A stretch of 32,000 nt of DNA from the NCBI RefSeq assembly GCF_001465295.1, contig NZ_CP011034.1:1110001-1142000 (forward strand), read 5' to 3'. The notes under the pieces were generated by a model that saw only the letters and a program-made list of their open reading frames with translations, was not told the DNA's origin and did not search any database. This DNA is from Pseudoalteromonas translucida KMM 520. GTDB taxonomy: Bacteria > Pseudomonadota > Gammaproteobacteria > Enterobacterales > Alteromonadaceae. The position numbers were made by a program, and so were the translations under genes. Within the stretch, counting starts at the first letter, position 1. Every line of letters starts with the position of its first letter. Positions 8,249 to 17,426 of this stretch are shown one piece after another.

Positions 8249-8845
8249 TCATATAGAGTCAATCAGCAACTTTTTTAATACAATTAGCTTTTTAGTATCT
8301 TTCTTGAATTTTGCGTCTATTATCTGAGCCATTAGTTCCATGTCGCTAAGAATATCTTCTGAATCAAAATATCCCATATCTGCTAATCCTTTATTTAATT
8401 TACACACAGAATAAGTACAGCTTCCTTTTTCTGTTAGTGAGAAATAAAATCTCTCTCCAAATTTTATTAAGTGTTCATCGTAGGTATCAAAATGAGGATG
8501 AATAATTAAGAATTGAGATGATGGGGGGTATTTAGTTCTCTCTTTTTTTAATGGTAAGGGTTTAACTACATCAATATCTCGTTTGGCATTATTACAGTCA
8601 ACGCAAACAACACAAAGATTCTTGGGCGTAAAAATAAAATTTTTATACTTAGACTTAGGAGCTATGTGCTCAACTTGGCAGTTTGCCGCATTTCTTATGC
8701 TTGATCTTAAGTTTTCTAAGCTATCACTAGACCAATCAATATGATTAAATTCAGGAGTATCTACCACTTCTTTTATTAGGGCTTTTTGCTCCTTGGTAAA
8801 TTCTATTGCTCGTAACTCATTATCCATAAATTTTAAGTACCTCAT
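8249..8845 (-). CDS. HNH endonuclease (PtuB-like), downstream gene of the two-gene cassette
   Basis: HNH core VEHIAPKS...NLCVVCVDCNNAKRD (His60, Asn76, CxxCxxC-N). An alternative start at 8827 (MDNELR) gives ATGGATAA overlapping the ATPase stop. AT-rich relative to the flanks. Confidence 0.7.
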   Translation of the reverse strand: MRYLKFMDNELRAIEFTKEQKALIKEVVDTPEFNHIDWSSDSLENLRSSIRNAANCQVEHIAPKSKYKNFIFTPKNLCVVCVDCNNAKRDIDVVKPLPLKKERTKYPPSSQFLIIHPHFDTYDEHLIKFGERFYFSLTEKGSCTYSVCKLNKGLADMGYFDSEDILSDMELMAQIIDAKFKKDTKKLIVLKKLLIDSI

Positions 8846-10241
8846 TCAAAGAGTCAATGAGCTCCAATATAGGGTCATCTTTACTTATTTTTTGTTTCAT
8901 ACGATTGAGCATTTCTAGGTGTTTAATATCTAGTTCGTCAAAAGATTTGTATGTTTTTACTTTTGAATAAATCTGCATAGAAATTTTCAGAAGGTATTCA
9001 TTGCTGTGGCCTGGTGATTCAAAAACATTTACAAGCTGATAATCTGAAGAGCGTAAATAATGCTCTGATGCATCTAATAAAATATTTTTTTGAATATTTA
9101 AAATTTCACAGTTTGTTGTCGATATATTTGAAACTATAAGTGGTGAGTGCGTAGCAATAATAAAATGGCAACCAGAGTAAGTATTCAGAGATTGATTTAA
9201 AATATCTACAAAGCGTTCTTGCCATGATGGGTGCAAACTTATTTCTGGCTCATCAATTAACACAAGTGAGTTATCTTCGATTGAAGCAACAATTCCTAGA
9301 AATAGTAAGAAAAGACATTGCTCACCAGAGCTTCGAGCTGATAAAGATCTTACTTTGGCATTTGGTGATAAGTAACTTGCTTTTAAAGGTTGATCTTTGA
9401 GCGTTTCAATATCTGCTACAACAACTAAACCTGAACGTAATAAATCAGATAACTCTCTTTTATCAAATTCAATATCGTAAATTGAACTGGACGGTATTAA
9501 CTTTAAAGATTGATTGCTAAGGCTTAATAAAACTTCGGGTGAAGTATAAATAGTTTCAATTTTTGAAAGCAGATTTAACAGCTCACTTTTTTCAAAGTGG
9601 TAGGCTGCAGTTTGAAGTTTTAATTGAGCATCTAAAGATATTTTTTGATCCTTTATATCACCGGAGGCAATTATGAGAAGGTCTTGTTCTGTTATAGTTG
9701 GAGTTAACTTTATTTTTAATACACTATTAAATCCAAATTCATCTAGGAATGCTTTTAAAGCATTAACTTTGCGAAGATCAAAGGTTTGTTGTATCAGTAA
9801 CTGCTTTATTGCATTTGATGCGATACGGACTGACGGGCTCAAATCTTGTATGTATGGCTTAGAGCCAATATATGAATAAACCTTAGATAACCACGGATAT
9901 TCATCAGCCTTAAAATCATTTTGAAAACGTTCAAATTGACTCGTCGATGCACAGATTAGCTTTCGTGGTAAGTTAGCCCCAAGTAAACCTGTAATAGCTT
10001 CGTATTCATTTTTGTTATTGATAGCCCAGCGTAGCCTATCTTTACCAGTTTGTGTTTTGGGTTTGTATAGCTCAGCATATTTTGAGTAGTACTTTCTGAA
10101 TATATCCAATAACAATTCTGTTTTACCACTACCGTTATCACCTACGACTACAGTAAAAGCATGTTTATCATTATCAATTCCTGTGAAAAGTTTAGTATTA
10201 CCTATATTACGTGATCGAAATCCCATTTCTACACATTTCAT
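8820..10241 (-). CDS. ABC-type (AAA_21/AAA_15-like) ATPase (PtuA-like), upstream gene of the two-gene cassette
   Basis: Walker A GDNGSGKT (aa 34-41), ABC-signature-like SSGEQ (aa 304-308), Walker B LVLIDEPE (aa 326-333) and H-loop ATHSP (aa 363-367). A helical insertion of about 200 aa separates Walker A from the signature motif. The start is 15 nt after the lnt stop. Confidence 0.7.
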   Translation of the reverse strand: MKCVEMGFRSRNIGNTKLFTGIDNDKHAFTVVVGDNGSGKTELLLDIFRKYYSKYAELYKPKTQTGKDRLRWAINNKNEYEAITGLLGANLPRKLICASTSQFERFQNDFKADEYPWLSKVYSYIGSKPYIQDLSPSVRIASNAIKQLLIQQTFDLRKVNALKAFLDEFGFNSVLKIKLTPTITEQDLLIIASGDIKDQKISLDAQLKLQTAAYHFEKSELLNLLSKIETIYTSPEVLLSLSNQSLKLIPSSSIYDIEFDKRELSDLLRSGLVVVADIETLKDQPLKASYLSPNAKVRSLSARSSGEQCLFLLFLGIVASIEDNSLVLIDEPEISLHPSWQERFVDILNQSLNTYSGCHFIIATHSPLIVSNISTTNCEILNIQKNILLDASEHYLRSSDYQLVNVFESPGHSNEYLLKISMQIYSKVKTYKSFDELDIKHLEMLNRMKQKISKDDPILELIDSLNEVLKIYG

Positions 10242-10256
10242 TTTTCAATATATTAT

Positions 10257-11834
10257 TTAGTTCTTTATTGAGCCTACTTTAAATCTACTGGCAAACCCGC
10301 CAACACCTAGCAACAACACAAATCCCCACACAAACATATTGCCGTATTGGCTGTACACGCTGTCGCCTTGTATTAACTTAACGTCGGCTTTCATGGTGGT
10401 GGCTTCAAACTGTGGCATGCTTTGTTGCGTGTGGCTTATTGGGTCGTATACGCCGCTTACGCCGTTGTTAGTAACACGTATTAGTGGCCGCTGTAGCTCT
10501 AGAGCGCGCATGCGGGCTATTTGCATATGCTGGTGAGGGCCAATTGAGTCGCCAAACCAGGCATCGTTACTTACGGTAAAGAGTAAATCTGAGCTGTGCT
10601 GATAATTACCACGCACTAGGTCGGCAAATACTATTTCGTAGCATATCGCGGGCAGTATATTAAAGCCGTTAGCACGTAGGTTATTTTGTACTTTGTCGCC
10701 ACGAGTGAACGACGACATAGGTAAATCAAATAACGGTGCGATAGGGCGCAGTAAATCTTCAAATGGTACAAATTCGCCAATAGGGAGTAATTGGTGTTTT
10801 TGATAGCGGTTTTTATCTAGGTAGCGGTAGTGGCCGTGTTCATCTTCTTTATTTTTATTACCTACTACTATGAGGGTATTAAAAATAGTTTTAGTATCGA
10901 GTTGGTAGTCAACAACACCGGTAATTAGCGCGGTTTTATTAAATGAAGCGGCACTGTCTAAGCCTGCTAGATATGAGTCAGCAAGCGCTTCTATTTCGGG
11001 TACTGCGGCTTCGGGCCATACTATTAAGTCGGCGTCCCAATGCGTGCGGGTTAGGTCTTGGTATTTACTCATAGTGGTCCAAAACTGGCTGGGATCAAAG
11101 CGCAGACTTTGTTTTATATTACCTTGTACAAGTAATGTCGACATGCTTTTGCCTGAGTACTGTGCTGTGCCTGTGGTGTATGCACCGGCAAAAAGTAGTG
11201 CTAAAGCACTGCTGGTTATGGCCAATGTTTTAAAATCTTTTTGGCTTAGGCGATATAATGCAAAACCAATGGCAATACATACTAAGGTTAAACCAAATTC
11301 GCCAATATAAGGGGCAAGCAGTCTAAGTGGGCTGTCGGTTTGCGTATAACCAAAACTTAACCACGGAAAGCCGGTTAGTAAGTGTGCGCGTAAGTATTCG
11401 CTTATGGCAAAACTTACAATTAATAATGCGCCATAACTTTTAGGGCCGCTGGCAAAGCGAGTTGTTGCCCAAAAGGCAAGTGCAGGAAATAACGCTAAGT
11501 ATGAGCACAATAAGGCCATAAGCGCTAAAGAAGCGATTAATGGCATGCCGCCAAAAGTGGCTATAGATACATGTACCCAGCTAATACCAGCACCAAACCA
11601 ACCTAAACCAAATATAAAGCCATATTTAGCGGCTGTTTTTGCGTGTTTTTTACCGGTGTTTTTTGGATTAATACAAAAAATGATGGCAGCAAGGCTAAAA
11701 AACGCAATGGGCCAAATTTCAAAGGGGGCATAGGCAAAAGTTAAAACAAGGCCCGCAATTAATGCGAGCCATGCTTTTTTATCTTTTGCTAATAAGGTGA
11801 ACTTAGTTAGCAGAATCTTCACTGTAGTTATCAT
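10257..11834 (-). CDS. lnt: Apolipoprotein N-acyltransferase
   Basis: Multi-pass N-terminal membrane domain plus a C-terminal CN-hydrolase domain (LIVWPEAA, ICYE), in the conserved position after corC. ATG at 11834 (the ORF track uses the TTG at 11837). It overlaps the corC 3' end by about 32 nt. Confidence 0.9.
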   Translation of the reverse strand: MITTVKILLTKFTLLAKDKKAWLALIAGLVLTFAYAPFEIWPIAFFSLAAIIFCINPKNTGKKHAKTAAKYGFIFGLGWFGAGISWVHVSIATFGGMPLIASLALMALLCSYLALFPALAFWATTRFASGPKSYGALLIVSFAISEYLRAHLLTGFPWLSFGYTQTDSPLRLLAPYIGEFGLTLVCIAIGFALYRLSQKDFKTLAITSSALALLFAGAYTTGTAQYSGKSMSTLLVQGNIKQSLRFDPSQFWTTMSKYQDLTRTHWDADLIVWPEAAVPEIEALADSYLAGLDSAASFNKTALITGVVDYQLDTKTIFNTLIVVGNKNKEDEHGHYRYLDKNRYQKHQLLPIGEFVPFEDLLRPIAPLFDLPMSSFTRGDKVQNNLRANGFNILPAICYEIVFADLVRGNYQHSSDLLFTVSNDAWFGDSIGPHQHMQIARMRALELQRPLIRVTNNGVSGVYDPISHTQQSMPQFEATTMKADVKLIQGDSVYSQYGNMFVWGFVLLLGVGGFASRFKVGSIKN

Positions 11835-12687
11835 CAACCTTAGGAACGGTGACTTGCAGTTGCAAGATGCGACGATTGTCAGAGTTGGTTACTTTAAATT
11901 GGTAACCTTCTATATCAATGGTTTCGCCACGGCTTGGCATGTGGCCAAAGGCATGTAATACAGTGCCACCAATAGTATCGGCGTCATCTGTGCTGTAACC
12001 TGTTTTAAAATGCTCGTTAAAGTCATCAACAGGGGTTAGCGCTTGTACTACGTAAACATGCTTAGCAAGTTGGCGAATATCTTGTTGCTCTTCTTCTTCG
12101 TCGTGTTCGTCTTCTATTTCGCCCACGATTATTTCAAGAATATCTTCAATAGTGACTAAGCCCGATACACCGCCGTATTCATCAATAACAATAGCCATAT
12201 GGTAGCGTTGCTGACGAAATTCGTTAAGCAGGGTATCGACACGTTTACTTTCGGGTACTACCATTGCTGGGCGTAAATAATCGCGCAGTGAGGGCAGTAA
12301 GTCGTCCTTGTTTAAGATTAGGGGTAATAAATCTTTAGCGAGTAAAATCCCTTCTACATGGTCTTTATCTTCACACACCACCGGAAAGCGTGAGTGCGTA
12401 GAGTGAACCATCATAGGTATGAGCTCTTCAAGCGGGCTGTCGATCTCAAGGGTGATCATTTGTGAGCGCGGCACCATAATGTCTCGCACTTTAAGCTTAG
12501 ACACGCCAAGCACACCTTCAATCATCTCTTTGGTTTCTGGATCGATTACATCCCGCTCTTGCGCATCGGCAATTACTTCAACCAGCTCTTCTCTGTTCTG
12601 GGGTTCCCCTTGAAACTTTTGGGCTATTCGGCCCAGCCAGCTTTTTCCAGAAGAACCCTGGCTAGAATGCGAGTTACCGTCGCTCAT
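11803..12687 (-). CDS. corC: Magnesium/cobalt efflux protein CorC (CBS-pair + CorC_HlyC domains)
   Basis: Collinear similarity to E. coli CorC/YbeX ([66 protein letters not shown]). Confidence 0.9.
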   Translation of the reverse strand: MSDGNSHSSQGSSGKSWLGRIAQKFQGEPQNREELVEVIADAQERDVIDPETKEMIEGVLGVSKLKVRDIMVPRSQMITLEIDSPLEELIPMMVHSTHSRFPVVCEDKDHVEGILLAKDLLPLILNKDDLLPSLRDYLRPAMVVPESKRVDTLLNEFRQQRYHMAIVIDEYGGVSGLVTIEDILEIIVGEIEDEHDEEEEQQDIRQLAKHVYVVQALTPVDDFNEHFKTGYSTDDADTIGGTVLHAFGHMPSRGETIDIEGYQFKVTNSDNRRILQLQVTVPKVDDNYSEDSAN

Positions 12688-12709
12688 TATATCTAATTAC
12701 TCCGTTTAT

Positions 12710-13168
12710 TTAAATTTCGTCCCGATATGGGTCTGCTATGTTTAGCTCAGCAAGTAATTGCTTTTCTATACTTTCCATCTCAAAAGCATCTTCACTCTTT
12801 ATATGGTCAAATCCAAGCAAATGCAAGCATCCATGAATAACCATATGAGCAAAGTGGTCATGAAATGACTTTTCTTGCTCAATTGCTTCAGCCAATACAA
12901 TTGCTGGGCAAATAACTAAATCACCTACTAAAGGAATATCTATTCCCGGTGGTGCTTCAAACTCAAACGACAGTACATTGGTAGGCTTGTTTTTACCACG
13001 GTAGTCGTTGTTAAGTTGTTGCGACTGCGCTTCGTCACTAATTACAATAGTGAGTTCAGATTCGTCGCGGTATTGGCTAAGGGCTTTGTCGGCCCAAAGC
13101 GCAAATTGTGCCTCGCTTGGTAAGTTGTCAAACTCACAGGCTATTTGTAAATCAAGTTCAGTGTTCAC
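12710..13168 (-). CDS. ybeY: Endoribonuclease YbeY (rRNA maturation)
   Basis: Zinc motif HGCLHLLGFDH plus KPTNVLSF and GDLVICP. I place the start at the GTG at 13168 (VNTELDLQIACE, matching the E. coli N-terminus), 4 nt after the ybeZ stop. The ORF-track start at 13207 would overlap ybeZ. Confidence 0.9.
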   Translation of the reverse strand: MNTELDLQIACEFDNLPSEAQFALWADKALSQYRDESELTIVISDEAQSQQLNNDYRGKNKPTNVLSFEFEAPPGIDIPLVGDLVICPAIVLAEAIEQEKSFHDHFAHMVIHGCLHLLGFDHIKSEDAFEMESIEKQLLAELNIADPYRDEI

Positions 13169-13172
13169 GGTA

Positions 13173-14231
13173 TTACTCTTTAGTAGCAGGCGGTTGTTGA
13201 GCGGCAAGCTGCTCTCGGGCTTTTTGCTTTTCTAGGCGCATAAGTCGCTCGCTTTCATCGTTGCGCTCGTAGGCTTCAACAATACGCGCAACCACTGGGT
13301 GGCGAACTATGTCTTGGGCTTTAAAGTGGTTAAAGCTTATTTCGTCTACGCCATCGAGTACTTCCATTGCATGGCGTAAGCCTGAGCGCACACCACGTGG
13401 TAAATCTACTTGTGTTATGTCGCCAGTAATAACCGCTTTTGAGTTAAACCCAATACGGGTTAAAAACATTTTCATTTGCTCTGCGGTGGTATTTTGGCTT
13501 TCATCTAAAATAATAAAGGCATCATTAAGCGTACGCCCACGCATATAAGCAAGTGGGGCAATTTCAATAACGTTTTTTTCGATTAGTTTTTCTACTTTTT
13601 CAAAGCCAAGCATTTCAAATAGCGCATCGTAAAGCGGGCGCAAGTATGGGTCGACCTTTTGGCTTAAATCGCCAGGTAAAAAACCGAGCTTTTCACCGGC
13701 TTCTACCGCTGGGCGGGTAAGCAATATACGGCGAATTTCTTGGCGCTCTAGGGCATCAACTGCAGTTGCCACAGCCAAGTACGTTTTGCCTGTACCAGCA
13801 GGGCCAATGCCAAAGGTAATATCGTGATGCAAAATATTAGAAACGTATATACCTTGGTTTTCGTTACGTGGCTTTATAACACCACGGCGCGTTTTAATCA
13901 CCATTTCTTTGGTGTAAGTGCTGGTTGTGGCGTCTTGTTCTAGGGCGTTTGATTCGGTAATGGCTAAGTGCACGTTGTCGGGTTCTATTTCGCCAATTTC
14001 GCCGCGCACAGGTTGAGTATCAATATAAAGGTTTTTTAAAATTTCGACAGCGCTGGCGCTACTGTAAGTTTTGCCTGTGACTTTAAAAAAGTTATCGCGG
14101 TGGATAATTTCAACACCAAGTCGGCGTTCAATTTGTTTGATGTTTTCGTCAAACGGGCCACATAAAGAAGAAAGGCGTTTGTTATCGGCAGGTTCTAAAT
14201 AAATCTCTAATGTTTTTAACTGATTACTCAA
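13173..14231 (-). CDS. ybeZ: PhoH-like ATPase YbeZ
   Basis: Walker A GPAGTGKTYLA, Walker B FIILDESQN, and the conserved miaB-ybeZ-ybeY context. Confidence 0.9.
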   Translation of the reverse strand: MSNQLKTLEIYLEPADNKRLSSLCGPFDENIKQIERRLGVEIIHRDNFFKVTGKTYSSASAVEILKNLYIDTQPVRGEIGEIEPDNVHLAITESNALEQDATTSTYTKEMVIKTRRGVIKPRNENQGIYVSNILHHDITFGIGPAGTGKTYLAVATAVDALERQEIRRILLTRPAVEAGEKLGFLPGDLSQKVDPYLRPLYDALFEMLGFEKVEKLIEKNVIEIAPLAYMRGRTLNDAFIILDESQNTTAEQMKMFLTRIGFNSKAVITGDITQVDLPRGVRSGLRHAMEVLDGVDEISFNHFKAQDIVRHPVVARIVEAYERNDESERLMRLEKQKAREQLAAQQPPATKE

Positions 14232-14281
14232 AATTACTTCCTATAGCATGGCGCCAGTGTTAACTGGCGCTAAAATTTCCA

Positions 14282-15730
14282 CTAAGGGACGAAAGTAGCA
14301 ACGCCAATTTCGTTCATAGTGTCAGGTTTAGGCTCAAGGCTTGCAGCTTTGGTTAAAATAGCTGAAGGAGCGATTTCACGGCGTAAGTTCATTTCTGATT
14401 CTGTACGAATTAAGTCACCACGTAAAGAGTTAGGTAGTGCCTCGGTAATACGTACGTCAACAAACTGACCGATCACTGTGTGTGGGCCAACAAAGTTAAC
14501 TACACGGTTGTTTTCGGTACGGCCACGTAATTCCATTGGGTTCTTTTTAGAAGGACCTTCAACGAGTATACGCTGCTCTGTATCGAACATTTGACGGCTA
14601 ATTTGTTGCGCCATTTGTGTAATACGATTTTGCAGTAAGTATAAACGCTCTTTTTTCTCTTGCTCGGTTACGTCATCTGGCAAGTCGGCCGCTGGTGTAC
14701 CTGGGCGAGCACTGTAAATAAAGCTAAAGCTCATATCAAAACCAACGTCGCTAATTAGCTTCATGGTTGCTTCAAAGTCATCTTGGGTTTCACCCGGAAA
14801 ACCAATAATAAAATCTGACGACATGCTTAAGTTAGGGCGAATTTTGCGTAACTTACGAATTGTCGACTTATATTCAATAGCTGTATGGCCGCGTTTCATT
14901 AGGTTTAAAATACGGTCTGAACCACTTTGTACTGGTAGATGTAAATGATCTACAAGCTCTGGTACATCGGCGTATACGTCAACTATATCTTGGGTAAACT
15001 CCACAGGATGCGATGTGGTGTAACGAATACGGTCAATACCATCAATGGCGGCAATAAGACGAATTAAATCCGAAAAATAACATATTTCGCCATCGTGTGT
15101 GTCGCCGCGGTACGCGTTTACGTTTTGGCCAAGTAGGTTTACTTCACGTACGTTTTGCTCAGCAAGCTGGGCAATTTCTAATAGTACGTCATCTACTGGG
15201 CGGCTAACTTCTTCGCCGCGAGTGTAAGGCACAACACAAAAAGTACAGTACTTAGAGCAGCCTTCCATAATAGATACAAATGCAGATGGGCCATCGGCTT
15301 TTGGCTCTGGCAAACGGTCAAATTTTTCAATCTCTGGGAATGAAATATCAACAACCGATGAGCCTTTGTTACCTTGCACTTGTTTAATCATTTCTGGTAA
15401 ACGGTGCAGCGTTTGTGGGCCAAAAATAACGTCTACAAACGGCGCACGCTGGCGAATAGAGTCACCTTCTTGTGAGGCAACACAACCACCTACACCAATA
15501 ATTAAGTCTGGCTTGTCGTCTTTTAACAACTTCCAACGACCTAATTGGTGGAACACTTTTTCTTGTGCTTTTTCACGAATTGAACAGGTGTTAAGTAAAA
15601 TTACGTCGGCATCTGTTGCATCATCAGTTAGCTGATAGCCGTTGGTGGCATCTAAAAGTTCAGCCATTTTCTGAGAGTCGTATTCGTTCATCTGACAACC
15701 CCAGGTTTTAATATGCAGCTTTTTGCTCAT
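14282..15730 (-). CDS. miaB: tRNA-2-methylthio-N6-dimethylallyladenosine synthase (radical SAM)
   Basis: N-terminal [12 protein letters not shown], radical-SAM [11 protein letters not shown] and a C-terminal TRAM domain. Confidence 0.95.
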   Translation of the reverse strand: MSKKLHIKTWGCQMNEYDSQKMAELLDATNGYQLTDDATDADVILLNTCSIREKAQEKVFHQLGRWKLLKDDKPDLIIGVGGCVASQEGDSIRQRAPFVDVIFGPQTLHRLPEMIKQVQGNKGSSVVDISFPEIEKFDRLPEPKADGPSAFVSIMEGCSKYCTFCVVPYTRGEEVSRPVDDVLLEIAQLAEQNVREVNLLGQNVNAYRGDTHDGEICYFSDLIRLIAAIDGIDRIRYTTSHPVEFTQDIVDVYADVPELVDHLHLPVQSGSDRILNLMKRGHTAIEYKSTIRKLRKIRPNLSMSSDFIIGFPGETQDDFEATMKLISDVGFDMSFSFIYSARPGTPAADLPDDVTEQEKKERLYLLQNRITQMAQQISRQMFDTEQRILVEGPSKKNPMELRGRTENNRVVNFVGPHTVIGQFVDVRITEALPNSLRGDLIRTESEMNLRREIAPSAILTKAASLEPKPDTMNEIGVATFVP

Positions 15731-15994
15731 TGAAATATTGCCTCGTGTTCAATTCGATAGTGGCACAAAAATGTGCTAGAAACAGGATTAAGTGAAATGC
15801 ATTACTGCGCTATACCCACTTAAAGGACGCGTATTTTAGCTGGATACACACGTAAATCCAAGTATAGTTTTCATGTTTGTGATTTCAAATCAATGCAGCT
15901 TTAGTTTTATCCACAGTTGAGCGTATCCTTTGGCACATAACAAGCTAATTACGATACAATTAAAATAGTTTTAAGAAATTAAAAAGATGAGAAC

Positions 15995-17164
15995 ATGACA
16001 AAAAATAAAGTAATTGTTGTGGGTGCTGGCATGGTGGGCGCTGCTATGGCAATTAAACTTGCCCAGCAAGGCAAAGCAGTGCGCATAATAGAAAAAAAAC
16101 TAATAAATCCGCAGCAAGTTTTAAGCAGTGATCAGGTTGATATTCGCGTATCGGCAATAAATCGTTTTTCAGAAAAGCTGCTAGACGAATTGGGCGCAAT
16201 GGCACTTTTAAAACAAAGTAGGTTGGCGCCGTATCAACAATTAGAAGCGTTTGAGCGCGGTGGCGATAATTTATTATTTGATTGCGCCGATATAAACACC
16301 ACGCATTTAGGCCACTTAATTGAAAATAACTTAATTCAAGCCAGTTTATGGCAGCAATTTGAGCAATACAACATTGAAGTTATTGAGCAAGCAGCGCCTA
16401 TTACGAGTATTGAGCAAACCTCAGATGCAATTACGCTAGTGTATGGGGATCAAACCTATACAGCCGATTTAGTAATTGCAGCCGATGGCGGGCAATCGCA
16501 ATTACGGACTAAAGCAAACATAGGTATAACCGGTTGGCAGTATCAGCAGCATTGTATGGGCGTACTTATAAAACTTGATGCGCCGCAACAAGTAAAAACG
16601 TGGCAGCAATTTACTCCCACCGGCCCTTTGGCCTTTTTACCTATGCAGGCTCCTTACGCTAATTTAATTTGGTATGACGATGCCAATACACTGCAAAGCT
16701 TTAAAGGTTTAAACCCGCTGCAACTTAAAACACATATTGTTAAAAAGTTTCCTGAGCTTGCCGGTGATTTTACCGTGTTAAAGCACGCAGTGTTTCCACT
16801 GGCTCGCCAGCACGCAAACAAATATTCGCAAGGGCGACTAGTGCTTGTAGGTGACGCTGCACATACTATTAACCCATTGGCCGGGCAGGGCGTAAATTTA
16901 GGCTTTCAAGACGTTGTAGCGCTTGCACAGGTGCTATTAAGTGCTGATGACATAGGTTGCCCATTAAAACTAAATGAGTATGAAAAATCGCGCCGCAAAG
17001 CAAACTTATTAATGATGAGCATGATGGACGCCTGCTATTTTGGGTTTTCTAACCAAATTACGCCATTAAAATGGGCGCGTAGCCAATTTTTAAAAATAGC
17101 GAACAATGCCGGACCGGTAAAAAACTGGGTTTTAAAATACGCTATTAGCGGCGAGTTAAATTAA
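15995..17164 (+). CDS. ubiF: UbiH/UbiF-family FAD-dependent ubiquinone biosynthesis hydroxylase, most like UbiF
   Basis: GAGMVGAA dinucleotide fold, TWQQFTPTGPLAFLP and VGDAAHTINPLAGQGVNLGFQD. It sits between miaB and the Gln/Leu/Met tRNA operon as in E. coli. Confidence 0.8.
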   Translation: MTKNKVIVVGAGMVGAAMAIKLAQQGKAVRIIEKKLINPQQVLSSDQVDIRVSAINRFSEKLLDELGAMALLKQSRLAPYQQLEAFERGGDNLLFDCADINTTHLGHLIENNLIQASLWQQFEQYNIEVIEQAAPITSIEQTSDAITLVYGDQTYTADLVIAADGGQSQLRTKANIGITGWQYQQHCMGVLIKLDAPQQVKTWQQFTPTGPLAFLPMQAPYANLIWYDDANTLQSFKGLNPLQLKTHIVKKFPELAGDFTVLKHAVFPLARQHANKYSQGRLVLVGDAAHTINPLAGQGVNLGFQDVVALAQVLLSADDIGCPLKLNEYEKSRRKANLLMMSMMDACYFGFSNQITPLKWARSQFLKIANNAGPVKNWVLKYAISGELN

Positions 17165-17195
17165 TACTAATTGCTATAACGTTTGCGAACTATTG

Positions 17196-17221
17196 AAAGA
17201 CTCATTTATGGGTCTTTTTTT
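17196..17221 (+). terminator. Rho-independent terminator after ubiF
   Basis: AAAGAC...GTCTTT stem followed by a T7 run. Confidence 0.6.
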
Positions 17222-17426
17222 ATGTTTGTTTATTGAGTAAAAGTGCGGCGGCAGAGGGGGTGTTAATAAAATACAGCCACTAAAATACGGCTATTTAAGT
17301 GCAGTTATTAAAATAAGATTTTATAGATAGATTAAAATACATAAGTTTAAAATAAACGGATTTAGAATGAGTAGTTATGAGTAATACAAAAAGGAAGAGT
17401 AATTTAAGCAGGAAGTATAAACAAAT

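Noticed and set aside
8195-8278. 27-aa highly basic plus-strand mini-ORF (MLKQRKKRLRVNTGSDVLSYRVNQQLF) convergent with, and overlapping, the HNH 3' end
   Set aside because: I saw no SD or promoter, and an ORF of this size is expected by chance. It could be revisited if Ribo-seq shows translation.
9673-10141. Small ORFs 9673-9879 (+) and 9956-10141 (-) inside the ATPase gene
   Set aside because: They overlap the ATPase frame, which carries clear catalytic motifs. AT-rich sequence readily yields such ORFs, and nothing supports them.
15907-15915. Perfect DnaA box TTATCCACA in the miaB-ubiF intergenic region
   Set aside because: It is a single isolated 9-mer, and about one such match is expected by chance in a window of this size. 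There is no cluster and no AT-rich unwinding element.
15931-15945. TGGCAC-N5 motif resembling a sigma-54 -24 element upstream of ubiF
   Set aside because: The -12 element reads AAGC rather than TTGC, so it does not fit the consensus.
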